From an uncultured Gammaproteobacteria bacterium (lineage in GTDB: Bacteria; Pseudomonadota; Gammaproteobacteria; Steroidobacterales; Steroidobacteraceae), in contig CAWINJ010000002.1 of NCBI GenBank assembly GCA_963837435.1, positions 316,457 to 380,456 of the forward strand: 64,000 nucleotides of DNA, in the 5' to 3' direction. The position numbers and the translations under genes are program-made. Positions 36,902-45,607 of this stretch are shown here, piece by piece (within the stretch, counting starts at the first letter, position 1; the number at the start of each line of letters is the position of its first letter). The notes beneath the pieces were generated by a model. That model saw nothing but the letters and a program-made list of their open reading frames with translations, had not been told where the DNA came from and did no database searches.

Positions 36902-37400
36902 CCGCTCGCCGTATCTCTACCGCGCGTCGCAAGATTGTAATCGGCACGGAGCCATCTGGGCGGGGAGCGACCTTCCAGGAAAGCTCATTACCCTTCATTT
37001 CATAGGGACGCACTTGAGTGGTGTCATCCTGATTCGGGAAGGAGGCCCGGTCAATCTGAAAGGTAATCGTGTGTTTGACGGAGTCGACGCTGTAGTGGCC
37101 GAAGTGAACGCTCGTACTCACCGATGCCGCCTTGTACTCTTCAGGGGTCCCCTTGCTCTTGTCGCCCGAGGAAAACTTCAAGCGCTCCGCACGATAGATC
37201 TGCACCGAGTAGTAGCCATCAGCAGTAAAGATGACAAGCCCGTGTGGGTTGGGGCCGTAATCCGACAGGCGTGTACCGTCTGGGAGCAACTTCTCTGCTC
37301 CCGCGAGCACCCAAGTGCCGACAATAGATCCGGATTGTGCCATGGCGGAAAGAGGCAGGCCCAAGAGGATCGCGGCAAGCGCAAAGTGCTTTTTCAACAT
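36891..37400 (-). CDS. Secreted lipocalin-like domain protein
   Basis: ATG 37400 gives the signal peptide MLKKHFALAAILLGLPLSAMA. The mature part GTWVLAGAEKLLPDGT...GLVIFTADGYYSVQI is typical of lipocalin-like beta-barrel proteins. Confidence 0.5.
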   Translation of the reverse strand: MLKKHFALAAILLGLPLSAMAQSGSIVGTWVLAGAEKLLPDGTRLSDYGPNPHGLVIFTADGYYSVQIYRAERLKFSSGDKSKGTPEEYKAASVSTSVHFGHYSVDSVKHTITFQIDRASFPNQDDTTQVRPYEMKGNELSWKVAPRPDGSVPITILRRAVEIRRAVSR

Positions 37401-37458
37401 GGAGTCACTGTAGCGACGCACGACGACACGCACAATTTAATTGTTTTAAAGATATTGG

Positions 37459-37767
37459 TTAACCCGCCTCACGCTTCCGGGCCCGGAGTTGCCGTGAGGG
37501 GTCGAGCTGTAATCGCGCCATCAATGCCGCGTCGGCGACAACTTCCCGCGTTTGCACGCCGCTTCCGACAATGACCGCATCGGCTTCAGCGACTTCGGAA
37601 AGGGATGCCTGCGCTTCGAGTACCACGCCGTTCATCGAACGGACTCGCGCAGTGGGACTGGCAATCGAGACGCGCCAGTTGGGCTTCCTCACTCGGTTGA
37701 GGATACCGAGTGCGATGAGTGAGTCGAGCTCGTTGAAGCCCTCGAAGGTGAGTATGGCGATGTGCAT
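37459..37767 (-). pseudogene. Truncated DJ-1/PfpI-family gene (N-terminal half only)
   Basis: MHIAILTFEGFNELDSLIALGILNRV...ADAVIVGSGVQTRE is the N-terminal half of a DJ-1/PfpI fold. The ORF ends after about 102 aa, before the nucleophile-elbow Cys region expected near residue 100-110. Confidence 0.45.
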
Positions 37768-37787
37768 GGTGTCGACCCCACGTCCAG

Positions 37788-38930
37788 CTAGCTGGATTTC
37801 GGTTCTAGTGTGACCCGGAAGAACTGCAGCGCCCTCCGTATCGTGTCGGCGTGAACTGTATCGCGGTCCACACCCTGCGCGTCGATGCACAGCATCGGCA
37901 GGGTCTTGCGGCCGATTTCGCTGCAGGAATCGAGAAAGACGTAGTGCGCCACGTTGCCGGGAAAAATGTGCAGCTTCGCTCCGGGAATCTTCGCCGCAAA
38001 GTATTTTGCGTTCAGTTCAATCGGAACGTTTTGATCGGATTCTCCCGCGACGATCTGCACGGGGATGGAAATCGTCTCAAGGCTGGAGGCCGTAAAGGCC
38101 GGACCGAGGCCGGGCGCCATCGCGAAGACGGCCCTAACGCGGGCGTCGCGAAAGGAGTCCCCCGAGTGCCCGAGTGTCTCCGGATGCTCCCGGATCATTT
38201 TGCGGAAGTCTTCAACCAGGGAGGGAAACTCCGGCGGACTGGTGCAGTTTCTTCCGGCATTCGGTGAGTCGCAGAATCGTATGAATCCCGGCACGTCCGT
38301 GATCCCGCCCGCGATCGCGATCATGGTGTAGCCCCCCAGAGAGAAACCGGCCGAGCCGATGCGCTCCGGATCGATGCGATTACCGAACTTGGCGTCGGCC
38401 AACATTCCACTGATCGTCTCGCTAAGATCGCGTGCGCGCTCCCACCAGATCGAGAAGCCCCTCGCGGTGTAGGGCTCCGCGGCGTTGTTGCCGGGATGGT
38501 TCACCGCGGCAGCGATGTAGCCATGCGCGGCAAGGGCCTCACCCAGCCACGCCATGCTCAAGGCGCTGCCGCCCGTACCATGCGAGATCACGACGAGAGG
38601 AAATCTCGCCGCCTTTGCGGCGAGCGTTGCCTCCCGCGCCACTCTTCCAAGGTCGAAGATATCCAACCCAGGGATTACCAACGGTTTCTCGCGCGCAGTC
38701 GCCTCGGCGGGATACCACACCACGACATCCAGGGTGTGCGCCTGCGCGCCTCGCCAGTCGTAGGGCTCCTGCGGTGAAAAGCTACGAGAGGCCATGCCGA
38801 CTTTGTATGAATGGCCGCCCGCGCTGTCCTTGGGCGCGGACCCTGAGAGCACCGACGAGGTCAGCAGCACCGCAAGTACGACCGCCACGCCCAGCACGCG
38901 CACGGATCTCATCACCTTTGAGTTGTTCAT
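37788..38930 (-). CDS. Secreted alpha/beta hydrolase (dienelactone-hydrolase / PAF-acetylhydrolase-like)
   Basis: ATG 38930 (MNNSKVMRSVRVLGVAVVLAVLL signal). PLVVISHGTGGS. Nucleophile elbow GFSLGG. Confidence 0.65.
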   Translation of the reverse strand: MNNSKVMRSVRVLGVAVVLAVLLTSSVLSGSAPKDSAGGHSYKVGMASRSFSPQEPYDWRGAQAHTLDVVVWYPAEATAREKPLVIPGLDIFDLGRVAREATLAAKAARFPLVVISHGTGGSALSMAWLGEALAAHGYIAAAVNHPGNNAAEPYTARGFSIWWERARDLSETISGMLADAKFGNRIDPERIGSAGFSLGGYTMIAIAGGITDVPGFIRFCDSPNAGRNCTSPPEFPSLVEDFRKMIREHPETLGHSGDSFRDARVRAVFAMAPGLGPAFTASSLETISIPVQIVAGESDQNVPIELNAKYFAAKIPGAKLHIFPGNVAHYVFLDSCSEIGRKTLPMLCIDAQGVDRDTVHADTIRRALQFFRVTLEPKSS

Positions 38931-39100
38931 TTCTTGAACTCCGTCACTTACCCCGTGAAGGCATCGGAGCTGGACCACGGCAAGGCATTCCAACTCGACG
39001 GTTGCGCTTCATCCTTGTGGATGAAGCGGGGCGAAAAATGGCTGAATGTATTTTACCAGGCAATCCCTGCGTCCCGGTGAGTGATGCGCAGCATGCGCAC

Positions 39101-39982
39101 TCAGGGCTTCCGCGCGATCACCTCCATGCATACTCGATATCGCTCGCTAACGCCATATTCGATGGGGTCGAAGCCGAACTCTCGCAGAAGATCGTATAGA
39201 CGGCTTCGGCCGAAATTGTGGTAATGCTCGATTTCGCCCCAGTAGGGATTGGCCTTCGCCGCGTCCAGCATCCGCCAGATCATGCAATCCATGTTCGGCA
39301 TCGATAGAAACACCACTCCGCCTGGTCGAAGGAGCCGCCACGCAGCCTCCAATCCAAGTCTTGGTTGTGGCATGTGCTCCAGCACATCAGCCATGCTGAT
39401 CACGCTGAATCGCCCGGAATCCTGCAGCCGCTCAATGGGGTCGGCGTGTGCCTCGAAACCAAGCTTGCGCAGCGTAGCGACGTTATCCTGACGCAGGTCA
39501 GTGCCAACCGGTCGAAAACCCCACTCGGCGGCGGTGAACAGCAGGGAGCCATTGCCGAAACCGATATCGAGCCAATCGCCGTTCATTACGTGCCGTGCAA
39601 CGCGTTCGACCATGCGCGCGGAAACCGCGCGCGCCTGTTCGGCATCATGGCCCACAGTCTGATGCGGAAGGCTCTTGGAAAATACAATCGCTGCGGCTTC
39701 GTCCGTGAAATATCCTTCCGTGAAGACATGAGCGCAACGTTGGCAACGCCGCCACACGATAGTGCGCGGCAGCGAGGGATGGTATAGGGGGTGCGCAGAG
39801 CAATCGGCGGTCAGAATCGACGGCATATCCGATGCTGCGCATAAGGGGCAGGCCGTGTACAGAATGCGGATGGCGGGTGCTTGAGCGGTATCCACGCCTT
39901 GTGAAGTCATCTCGGCACTATTTTTTGATATGTCAAGGCCGGGACAGTCTACGCCGGGCAGCAGTCTTTGCGTAGGCGTCAT
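39101..39982 (-). CDS. Class I SAM-dependent methyltransferase with an N-terminal Cys4 zinc-ribbon-like segment
   Basis: CPLC...C...CQRC, then SAM motif I DWLDIGFGNGSL and post-I VGTD. RPGGVVFLSMPN. The start may be ATG 39910. Confidence 0.65.
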   Translation of the reverse strand: MTPTQRLLPGVDCPGLDISKNSAEMTSQGVDTAQAPAIRILYTACPLCAASDMPSILTADCSAHPLYHPSLPRTIVWRRCQRCAHVFTEGYFTDEAAAIVFSKSLPHQTVGHDAEQARAVSARMVERVARHVMNGDWLDIGFGNGSLLFTAAEWGFRPVGTDLRQDNVATLRKLGFEAHADPIERLQDSGRFSVISMADVLEHMPQPRLGLEAAWRLLRPGGVVFLSMPNMDCMIWRMLDAAKANPYWGEIEHYHNFGRSRLYDLLREFGFDPIEYGVSERYRVCMEVIARKP

Positions 39983-40048
39983 TGCGGTGGCGGGGATCTC
40001 GCACCCATGGTAAATCGGGCTAGGCTCCCCCGATCGGCAGGTTTCCCA

Positions 40049-40475
40049 ATGTCAGAGCGAACAAATGGACGGTGCATCGATGCGTTCCTTTATGGCTTAT
40101 TCATGGACGTCTCGGTTCTTTCGCAAAAATGGTGTAGAACCGGTTTATCTGCGTCCGGCACACGTGGCTAACTTCGTTTTGCGAATCGGCCAACGCGCAA
40201 CGTTGGTGCCGTCCAGCGGTGCGCGAGCGTACGGGATGCTCGCGGGACTTTCCCTCGCCAATCTCGAGAAGCTATATGCCGCTCCCGGCCTTGAACAATA
40301 TCGACCCGAAGCCGTCTTGGTTCATACGCTCGACGGCTCTAGGGTGCCTGCCCTTTGCTACAACCTGTGCGAAGAACCTCAGCCGGAGGAACGAAACCCG
40401 GACTACGCGACGCGCCTGCAGAACGTGCTAAGGAAACTGGGGTTTCCGCACGATTACATCGAGTCAGTCTCCTGA
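40049..40475 (+). pseudogene. Gamma-glutamylcyclotransferase/AIG2-like gene split by a frameshift at an A5 run
   Basis: Frame A (ATG 40049) gives MSERTNGRCIDAFLYGLFMDVSVL.. and stops at 40171. Frame B (track ORF 40065..40475) continues ..RKNGVEPVYLRPAHVANFVLRIGQRATLVP... The junction is at caaaaat (A-run 40125-40129). Confidence 0.5.
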
Positions 40476-40551
40476 CTGAACTACTTGACGCGAGGGATCC
40501 TTGTGTTCCAGGGTAGGAGGGCTGATGTCGAGCCCCGCGGGTACCGGGGCG

Positions 40552-41190
40552 TCAGCGCTGCGCCAAGTTCTCCGCGGCGAAATTCCAGTTGAGGAGTCGG
40601 TCGAGCAGTGCATTCAAATGATCCGCACGGCGGTTCTGGTAGTCGAGATAGTAGGCGTGCTCCCAAACATCGATGGTCAGCAGCGGCTTCATTCCCCGGG
40701 TGAGAGGGTTTTCCGCGTTGCCGGTCTTTACCACCTTGAGCGCATCGGCTTCGACAGCCAGCCAGACCCAGCCCGAGCCGAATTGGCCCAAGGCGGCGGC
40801 AGCCAGCTCTTTTTTGAGCGCCGCGATGTCCGTGAAAGAGGAATTTATCTTGGCGGACAGACCGGTTGGCACTGCACGATCGCTCTGCGGCCGTAGGCTG
40901 TGCCAGTAGAAGGTGTGGTTCCAGATCTGTGCCGCATTGTTGAAGATGGCGGTGTGCTGGCTCTGGCCGGCGGTAGCCTTCATGATCTGTTCGAGCGTCA
41001 TCTCGGCGAAGGGCGTGCCGGCGATGAGCTTATTCAAGGTCTCGACATAGCCCTTGTGATGCTGGCCGTAATGGAAGCTCAATGTGGCGGCTGAAATGAC
41101 CGGCTCGAGGGCATTTTCCGCATAGGGAAGCGCCGGCAGTGAGTGCGGCGCGGAACTGTTGAAAGCATCGTATATAGACCTCGAACTCAT
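40552..41190 (-). CDS. sodB: Fe/Mn superoxide dismutase (Fe-SOD-like)
   Basis: [32 protein letters not shown] and [18 protein letters not shown] 41190 is preceded by GAGG at 5-nt spacing. It has a roughly 15-aa N-terminal extension relative to typical SodB. Confidence 0.9.
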   Translation of the reverse strand: MSSRSIYDAFNSSAPHSLPALPYAENALEPVISAATLSFHYGQHHKGYVETLNKLIAGTPFAEMTLEQIMKATAGQSQHTAIFNNAAQIWNHTFYWHSLRPQSDRAVPTGLSAKINSSFTDIAALKKELAAAALGQFGSGWVWLAVEADALKVVKTGNAENPLTRGMKPLLTIDVWEHAYYLDYQNRRADHLNALLDRLLNWNFAAENLAQR

Positions 41191-41433
41191 TGCTACCTCG
41201 TGCATGGAGCAGGCGGGCGAACTGTATTCCCGCGGCTCTGGCGTGCTTGTCATCGGTTAAGATTCCTTCCCGCAACGATCTCTGAGTAGGTCCGAAGATT
41301 GAATGATCATTACTATACGGATATGTCACGGGATGATACAAATGCCGATACACTGTATCCATATGCGATTTTGTCATGTCCGGGACACCGCCCAGCCCGC
41401 GTACAACAGCGCCAATCCTTCGAGCGTCGCGCT

Positions 41434-41877
41434 ATGAACTCCGAAAACAAGCCGATGACCCTGCAGCAGTACCAAGCCCTCGCGGATTTCCGCTACGAGC
41501 TGCGCCGCTTCTTGCGCTACAGCGAACAGGTTACGCGGCGCCACGGATTGACGCCGCTGCAGTATCAGCTGCTGCTGCAGATCAAGAGCTATCCCGAGAG
41601 GAACCGCGCCACCATCGGCGCTCTCGCCGAACGATTGCAGGCCAAACATCACGGCGTCGTGGCGCTTGCGACGCGTTGCGAGAAGCTCGGGCTGATCGCG
41701 CGCCAGACGAGCAAGGACGATCGGCGCGTGGTTTACCTCATCTTGAGCGCAAAGGGCGATCGTGCCTTGGAGCACCTCGCCCGTTGGCACAGGGACGAAC
41801 ACCGCGCCCTGCGGGGCCGGTTGGTCGTGGAGCTGGACGAGGCGGCATCTAAATCGCCCGTTGAATTCACCGAATAA
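41434..41877 (+). CDS. MarR-family transcriptional regulator
   Basis: ATG 41434 (MNSENKPMTLQQYQALADFRYELRRFL...). Winged helix LTPLQYQLLLQIK...IGALAERLQAKHHGVVALATRCEKLGLI...DDRRVVYLILSAKG. Divergent from sodB. Confidence 0.8.
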   Translation: MNSENKPMTLQQYQALADFRYELRRFLRYSEQVTRRHGLTPLQYQLLLQIKSYPERNRATIGALAERLQAKHHGVVALATRCEKLGLIARQTSKDDRRVVYLILSAKGDRALEHLARWHRDEHRALRGRLVVELDEAASKSPVEFTE

Positions 41878-42065
41878 ATAATTAATATTCAATAAGTTAC
41901 ATGTCGGGTGAGGGCGGACGACCGCGGCGCACCAACATGCCGCAGAACTCGCCGAGACAGCCGCAATCGATATGGTAATATTCGCGCCCCTGACGGGCAC
42001 CGCCGGAGATTTGCGGCGCCGCCCGAAGCAATCCGCGAGAAGCGTTGCCGTCAGTTTGTCCTTTG

Positions 42066-42142
42066 CGCCCGTAGCTCAGTTGGATAGAGCGCCTGGCTAC
42101 GAACCAGGAGGCCGGGAGTTCGAATCTCTCCGGGCGCACCAA
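42066..42142 (+). tRNA. tRNA-Arg (anticodon ACG), encoded CCA
   Basis: Acceptor GCGCCCG/CGGGCGC. D-arm GCTCAGTTGGATAGAGC. Anticodon stem CCTGG/CCAGG with loop CTACGAA. T-arm GGGAGTTCGAATCTCTC. Ends ACCA. Confidence 0.9.
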
Positions 42143-42354
42143 TTCATCAAGAACTGCCCAGCATCAGTGCAGGACGCGAACGTCGGCTTGCCGGCATGTA
42201 TTGAAATGTGCGCTGGCTAACGGGCTTGTTTTGACCGGTCTCATGGACGTCCCTGCTGCCGGATGCCTTATTTGAGCAATTTGCGGGGCAAAGTAAGCTT
42301 TTGGCCCGATCGGCGACCCTCGCCGAAGGTCGAGTAAGTCGATGTTTCAGCCTC

Positions 42355-42621
42355 TCATGAACCCTGCAGCTTCTCTTGCAACCACACCTTGATCAGCGAT
42401 TGATATGGTACATCTCGAGCGTTGGCAGCGGTCTTGATCGAATCAAGTAGATGCTGCGGAAGCCGTAGAGAGATCGTCTGGGTAGACGGCTTCAAGTTTG
42501 GAAGTACAGTGAGCTGAGCTTTCTTCCAATCCAAATACCCTGTCGAATCGTTCTTTTCCCAAAACGCGCGTTCCGCGGCCTCACTAGCAAACCTCGGTAT
42601 GGTCTTAAGTCGCTTGCTCAT
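42355..42621 (-). CDS. brnA: BrnA-family antitoxin (CopG/RHH-like)
   Basis: 88 aa. FASEAAERAFWEKNDSTGYLDW...ISLRLPQHLLDSIKTAANARDVPYQSLIKVWL. Overlaps the brnT 3' end by 17 nt. Confidence 0.75.
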   Translation of the reverse strand: MSKRLKTIPRFASEAAERAFWEKNDSTGYLDWKKAQLTVLPNLKPSTQTISLRLPQHLLDSIKTAANARDVPYQSLIKVWLQEKLQGS

Positions 42622-42904
42622 AAATCACGCGCTCCTTCCGATGCATGTCTCTAGCCGAAATCACCCGAATGAGCTGGTCGGCATCTCTCAAGGTAAAGGT
42701 AATGTGCAACCGCCGCCCTTCAATGGTTTTGCCGAGAGCATGAAAGCGCGGCTCGGTCTCGCTGTGCGTTGCGTCGGGCAGCACCAGCAACAGGGCATTG
42801 AAGAAAACCTGTTCGGCCTCAGCCATAGAAACGCCATGATGCTCATTCTTCCTGGCGTTGCCTTCATCCCATTCGAAGCCAATGATCTTCGAGAGATCGA
42901 CCAT
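42605..42904 (-). CDS. brnT: BrnT-family toxin (DUF497 ribonuclease)
   Basis: 99 aa. FEWDEGNARKNEHHGVSMAEAEQVF...RLHITFTLRD..IRVISARDMHRKER. Confidence 0.8.
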   Translation of the reverse strand: MVDLSKIIGFEWDEGNARKNEHHGVSMAEAEQVFFNALLLVLPDATHSETEPRFHALGKTIEGRRLHITFTLRDADQLIRVISARDMHRKERVIYEQAT

Positions 42905-42906
42905 CA

Positions 42907-42929
42907 GTGTATATTACAGTAATATACAC
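42907..42929. promoter_or_regulatory. 23-bp perfect palindrome GTGTATATTA-CAG-TAATATACAC immediately upstream of brnT (candidate TA operator/promoter)
   Basis: Read directly. The 10-bp arms are exact reverse complements. It starts 3 bp upstream of the brnT start codon, is AT-rich, and overlaps any -10 region. Confidence 0.45.
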
Positions 42930-42949
42930 AAAATCGCAAATCTCGCCAA

Positions 42950-43144
42950 TCAAACCGCTTTCCGAACGCTCAGCTTGACGTGCAGACCGGCCGTCGCCGC
43001 CATGTTTACAAGCGCATTCAAATCAAATACGTCGATCTTCCCGCCCATAAGATCTGAGACGCGAGGCTGGGTAAGGCAGAAAAGCGCAGCGAAGGACGAG
43101 CGGCGCACCCGCGAGCAATCTCTTTCCAAAAGGGTTAGCTGCAA
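42950..43144 (-). CDS. XRE-family HTH antitoxin-like protein, probably N-terminally truncated
   Basis: 64 aa. ..LTQPRVSDLMGGKIDVFDLNALVNMAATAGLHVKL is the conserved C-terminal two-thirds of about 95-aa XRE antitoxins. No cognate toxin ORF is adjacent. Confidence 0.45.
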   Translation of the reverse strand: MQLTLLERDCSRVRRSSFAALFCLTQPRVSDLMGGKIDVFDLNALVNMAATAGLHVKLSVRKAV

Positions 43145-43178
43145 TGGGCAATTTGCTCCGATCCTTTACAATCCTACC

Positions 43179-43562
43179 ATGAAGATATCTCCTGTGAATT
43201 CAGCAATGGCCCCCCAAGCTGCCGGCGGCTATTCCCAAGCCATCGAAGTGATCGGCGCCCGGCGGATCCTGTACGTCAGTGGCCAAGTTCCGGAGACGGT
43301 CCATGGCGAGGTGCCGAAGGACTTCGCCGAACAGGCGCAAGTGGCCTGGAGCAATGTCGTCGCGCAACTCGCGGCCGCCGACATGACCGTGGAAAACCTG
43401 ATCAAGGTCACGATATTCCTGTCATCCAGAGCGTTCGCCGTGCCCAACAGGGAAGTTCGGCAAGAATTTCTGGGCAGTCATCGTCCCGCGTTAACGGTAA
43501 TTATTACCGGGATATTCGACGAGCAATGGTTGCTGGAGATTGAGGCTATCGCGGCTGCTTAG
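43179..43562 (+). CDS. ridA: RidA/YjgF-family reactive-intermediate deaminase
   Basis: ATG 43179. APQAAGGYSQAIEVIGARRILYVSGQVP...RPALTVIITGIFDEQWLLEIEAIAA. Confidence 0.8.
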   Translation: MKISPVNSAMAPQAAGGYSQAIEVIGARRILYVSGQVPETVHGEVPKDFAEQAQVAWSNVVAQLAAADMTVENLIKVTIFLSSRAFAVPNREVRQEFLGSHRPALTVIITGIFDEQWLLEIEAIAAA

Positions 43563-43610
43563 GTTGACGCCCGAAGCCGCGGGCCGCGGCGAGAGAGGGT
43601 GCGGTAGAAT

Positions 43611-44120
43611 TTACGGAAACCAGTCTTGCCCGCTTGCAAAGCAGAGGGTCAGCAGCACAGCTGCCGCATAGAAATCCGAGGTCATCGCTGCGTTCTGAAT
43701 CTTGCTTCGCTTCTGGTGCGCCACATGGTTTATTCCGGCGAGACCGTAAAAGATCGCCCCGACCACCGCGAGCGGTGCGGTCCAGCCAACAAGGAATAGG
43801 CTAATCACGCCGGCGCTGCCGATCGCGGTGTTTGCAAACCCCAACTCCCTGACGATCAACCTGGCATCGGGATCCTTTACGCCAAGGATTGTCTCGGCGG
43901 TATAGCGTGGCTGAGCGATCTGACGTAGACCGGCAATGAGCAATCTCACGCCGACCACCCAGAACACGAACCACTTGCCTACCATGGCAATACTGAGCGC
44001 GCCGTGAGCGTGCGTGAAGGCTTCGACGGCGATCGAGGTCAGAGGGAAAACCAGCATCAAGCCGACCAGCATTGCGACATACATCGGGCTCTTGTAGCAG
44101 GTGACGGATGACTTCGCCAC
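43611..44120 (-). CDS. Small integral membrane protein, unknown function
   Basis: 169-aa ORF with 4-5 hydrophobic helices. The family is not recognised. Confidence 0.45.
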   Translation of the reverse strand: MAKSSVTCYKSPMYVAMLVGLMLVFPLTSIAVEAFTHAHGALSIAMVGKWFVFWVVGVRLLIAGLRQIAQPRYTAETILGVKDPDARLIVRELGFANTAIGSAGVISLFLVGWTAPLAVVGAIFYGLAGINHVAHQKRSKIQNAAMTSDFYAAAVLLTLCFASGQDWFP

Positions 44121-44221
44121 TCGATGGCAGCCGGGTTCCTGTAATCGGGTATGCTCCCGATTCAGCGCCGCGATATGACGAGAACGCCGGGGGTCCGCGC
44201 GCCTAAGGGGAGCAATTGATA

Positions 44222-45607
44222 ATGATAAAAACCGAGCCGCAACTTGCCCGAACTCTCAGCGGGATTCACCTCTGGGGCATCGCCGTGGGCCTCGTCATCT
44301 CCGGCGAGTACTTCGGCTGGAGCTACGGTTGGGCGCAGGCGGGCACTCTCGGCTTCCTGATCTCCACCGTGTTCATTGCCTTGATGTATACGACCTTCAT
44401 CTTCAGCTACACCGAGCTGACCACGGCCATTCCCCACGCGGGGGGGCCATTCGCCTATAGTTATCGGGCGTTCGGGCCGGTGGGAGGCTACATCGCAGGT
44501 TTCTCGACGCTGGTCGAATTCGTATTCGCGCCTCCGGCCATCGCGCTCGCCATCGGGGCGTACCTGAATGTGCAGTTCCCGGCCTTGGATGCCCGGGTGG
44601 CCGCTGTCGGTGCCTACATCGTGTTCATGGCCCTCAATATCGTCGGTGTCATGATTGCCGCGACCTTCGAGCTTCTGGTCACCGTCCTGGCCATCGGTGA
44701 GCTGCTGGTCTTCATGGCGGTGGTCTCGCGGGGCTTTCAGTGGTCGCACTTCACGGCCGCCGGCTGGGCGGGCCACGAGCAGCCATCGATGGCGACGCTC
44801 GGAGGCATCTTCGCCGCGATCCCCTTCGCGATCTGGTTCTTTCTCGCCATCGAAGGGGCGGCTATGGCGGCCGAGGAGGCCAAGGATCCGCGGCGTACCA
44901 TTCCTCGGGCTTACATTGGCGGCATCCTCACCCTGGTGGTGCTTGCCTTCGGCACCATGATATTCGCCGGCGCGGCGGGCGACTGGCGCACGCTCGCCAA
45001 TATCAACGATCCTCTCCCGCAGGCAATGAAGATCGTCGTCGGCGCGCGCAGCGGCTGGTTGCATCTGCTCGTGTGGATTGGCTTGCTCGGGCTGATCGCC
45101 TCCTTTCACGGCATCATCATGGGCTATTCGCGGCAGATTTTCGCGTTGGCTCGCGCCGGGTTCCTGCCGGGATTTCTCGCCAGGATTCATCCGCGATGGA
45201 AGACGCCGCACCTGGCCATACTCGCCGGTGGTGCAGTAGGCATCGCAGCAATCTATTCGGACAAGGTTGTGACCATCGCCGGTCAGCCGCTCACCGCCAG
45301 CATCGTCGCCATGTCCGCGCTCGGTGCCATCGTCATGTACATCATGAGTCTGCTCAGTCTCTTTCGGTTGCGGCGCCGCGAGCCGCAGCTGCCGCGCCCC
45401 TATCGCACCCCCCTGTTTCCGATCTTTCCCTGGACGGCGCTCATCATCGCCTGCGTCTCCCTGGTGGCCATCGTCTACTTCAATCCGGAGGTCTCGGGTT
45501 TGTTCGCGTTCCTGGGGCTGCTCGGCGGCGCGATTGCCAGCCGCCGGTCCGGGCATCGTGCCCTGGCTGCGAGCGACCCCATGCTGTGCCCCACCAAAGA
45601 GCCATGA
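44222..45607 (+). CDS. APC-family permease, ethanolamine-permease (Eat)-like
   Basis: ATG 44222. LSGIHLWGIAVGLVISGEYFGWSYGWAQAGTLGF...YTELTTAIPHAGGPFAYSYRAFGP resembles the ethanolamine permease N-terminus. 12 TM helices. Confidence 0.65.
   Translation: MIKTEPQLARTLSGIHLWGIAVGLVISGEYFGWSYGWAQAGTLGFLISTVFIALMYTTFIFSYTELTTAIPHAGGPFAYSYRAFGPVGGYIAGFSTLVEFVFAPPAIALAIGAYLNVQFPALDARVAAVGAYIVFMALNIVGVMIAATFELLVTVLAIGELLVFMAVVSRGFQWSHFTAAGWAGHEQPSMATLGGIFAAIPFAIWFFLAIEGAAMAAEEAKDPRRTIPRAYIGGILTLVVLAFGTMIFAGAAGDWRTLANINDPLPQAMKIVVGARSGWLHLLVWIGLLGLIASFHGIIMGYSRQIFALARAGFLPGFLARIHPRWKTPHLAILAGGAVGIAAIYSDKVVTIAGQPLTASIVAMSALGAIVMYIMSLLSLFRLRRREPQLPRPYRTPLFPIFPWTALIIACVSLVAIVYFNPEVSGLFAFLGLLGGAIASRRSGHRALAASDPMLCPTKEP

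Noticed and set aside
39005-39028. Rho-independent terminator (10-bp perfect hairpin CGCTTCATCC-TTGT-GGATGAAGCG) between the methyltransferase and hydrolase genes
   Set aside because: Both flanking genes are on the minus strand, and on that strand the hairpin is preceded, not followed, by the U-run. The structure is real but the terminator role is unsupported.
25959-42065. An active integrative element or genomic island with integrase and att repeats
   Set aside because: No integrase, excisionase, transposase or conjugation gene was found, and no direct repeat of either tRNA 3' end. It is kept only as a compositionally mixed accessory insertion.
41897-42142. 81-aa minus ORF ([25 protein letters not shown]...), plus plus-strand ORFs 25882-26181 and 25913-26146
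   Set aside because: These are classic spurious ORFs read across tRNA genes (tRNA-Arg and tRNA-Ser respectively).
44162-45556. 464-aa minus-strand ORF, plus 48966-50213 (+), 21065-22411 (-), 22688-23848 (-), 6702-7784 (-) and 15589-16971 (-)
   Set aside because: Each is antisense to a confidently identified gene (permease, hybrid kinase, recA, alaS, nadE, aspS) and has a low-complexity, basic composition.
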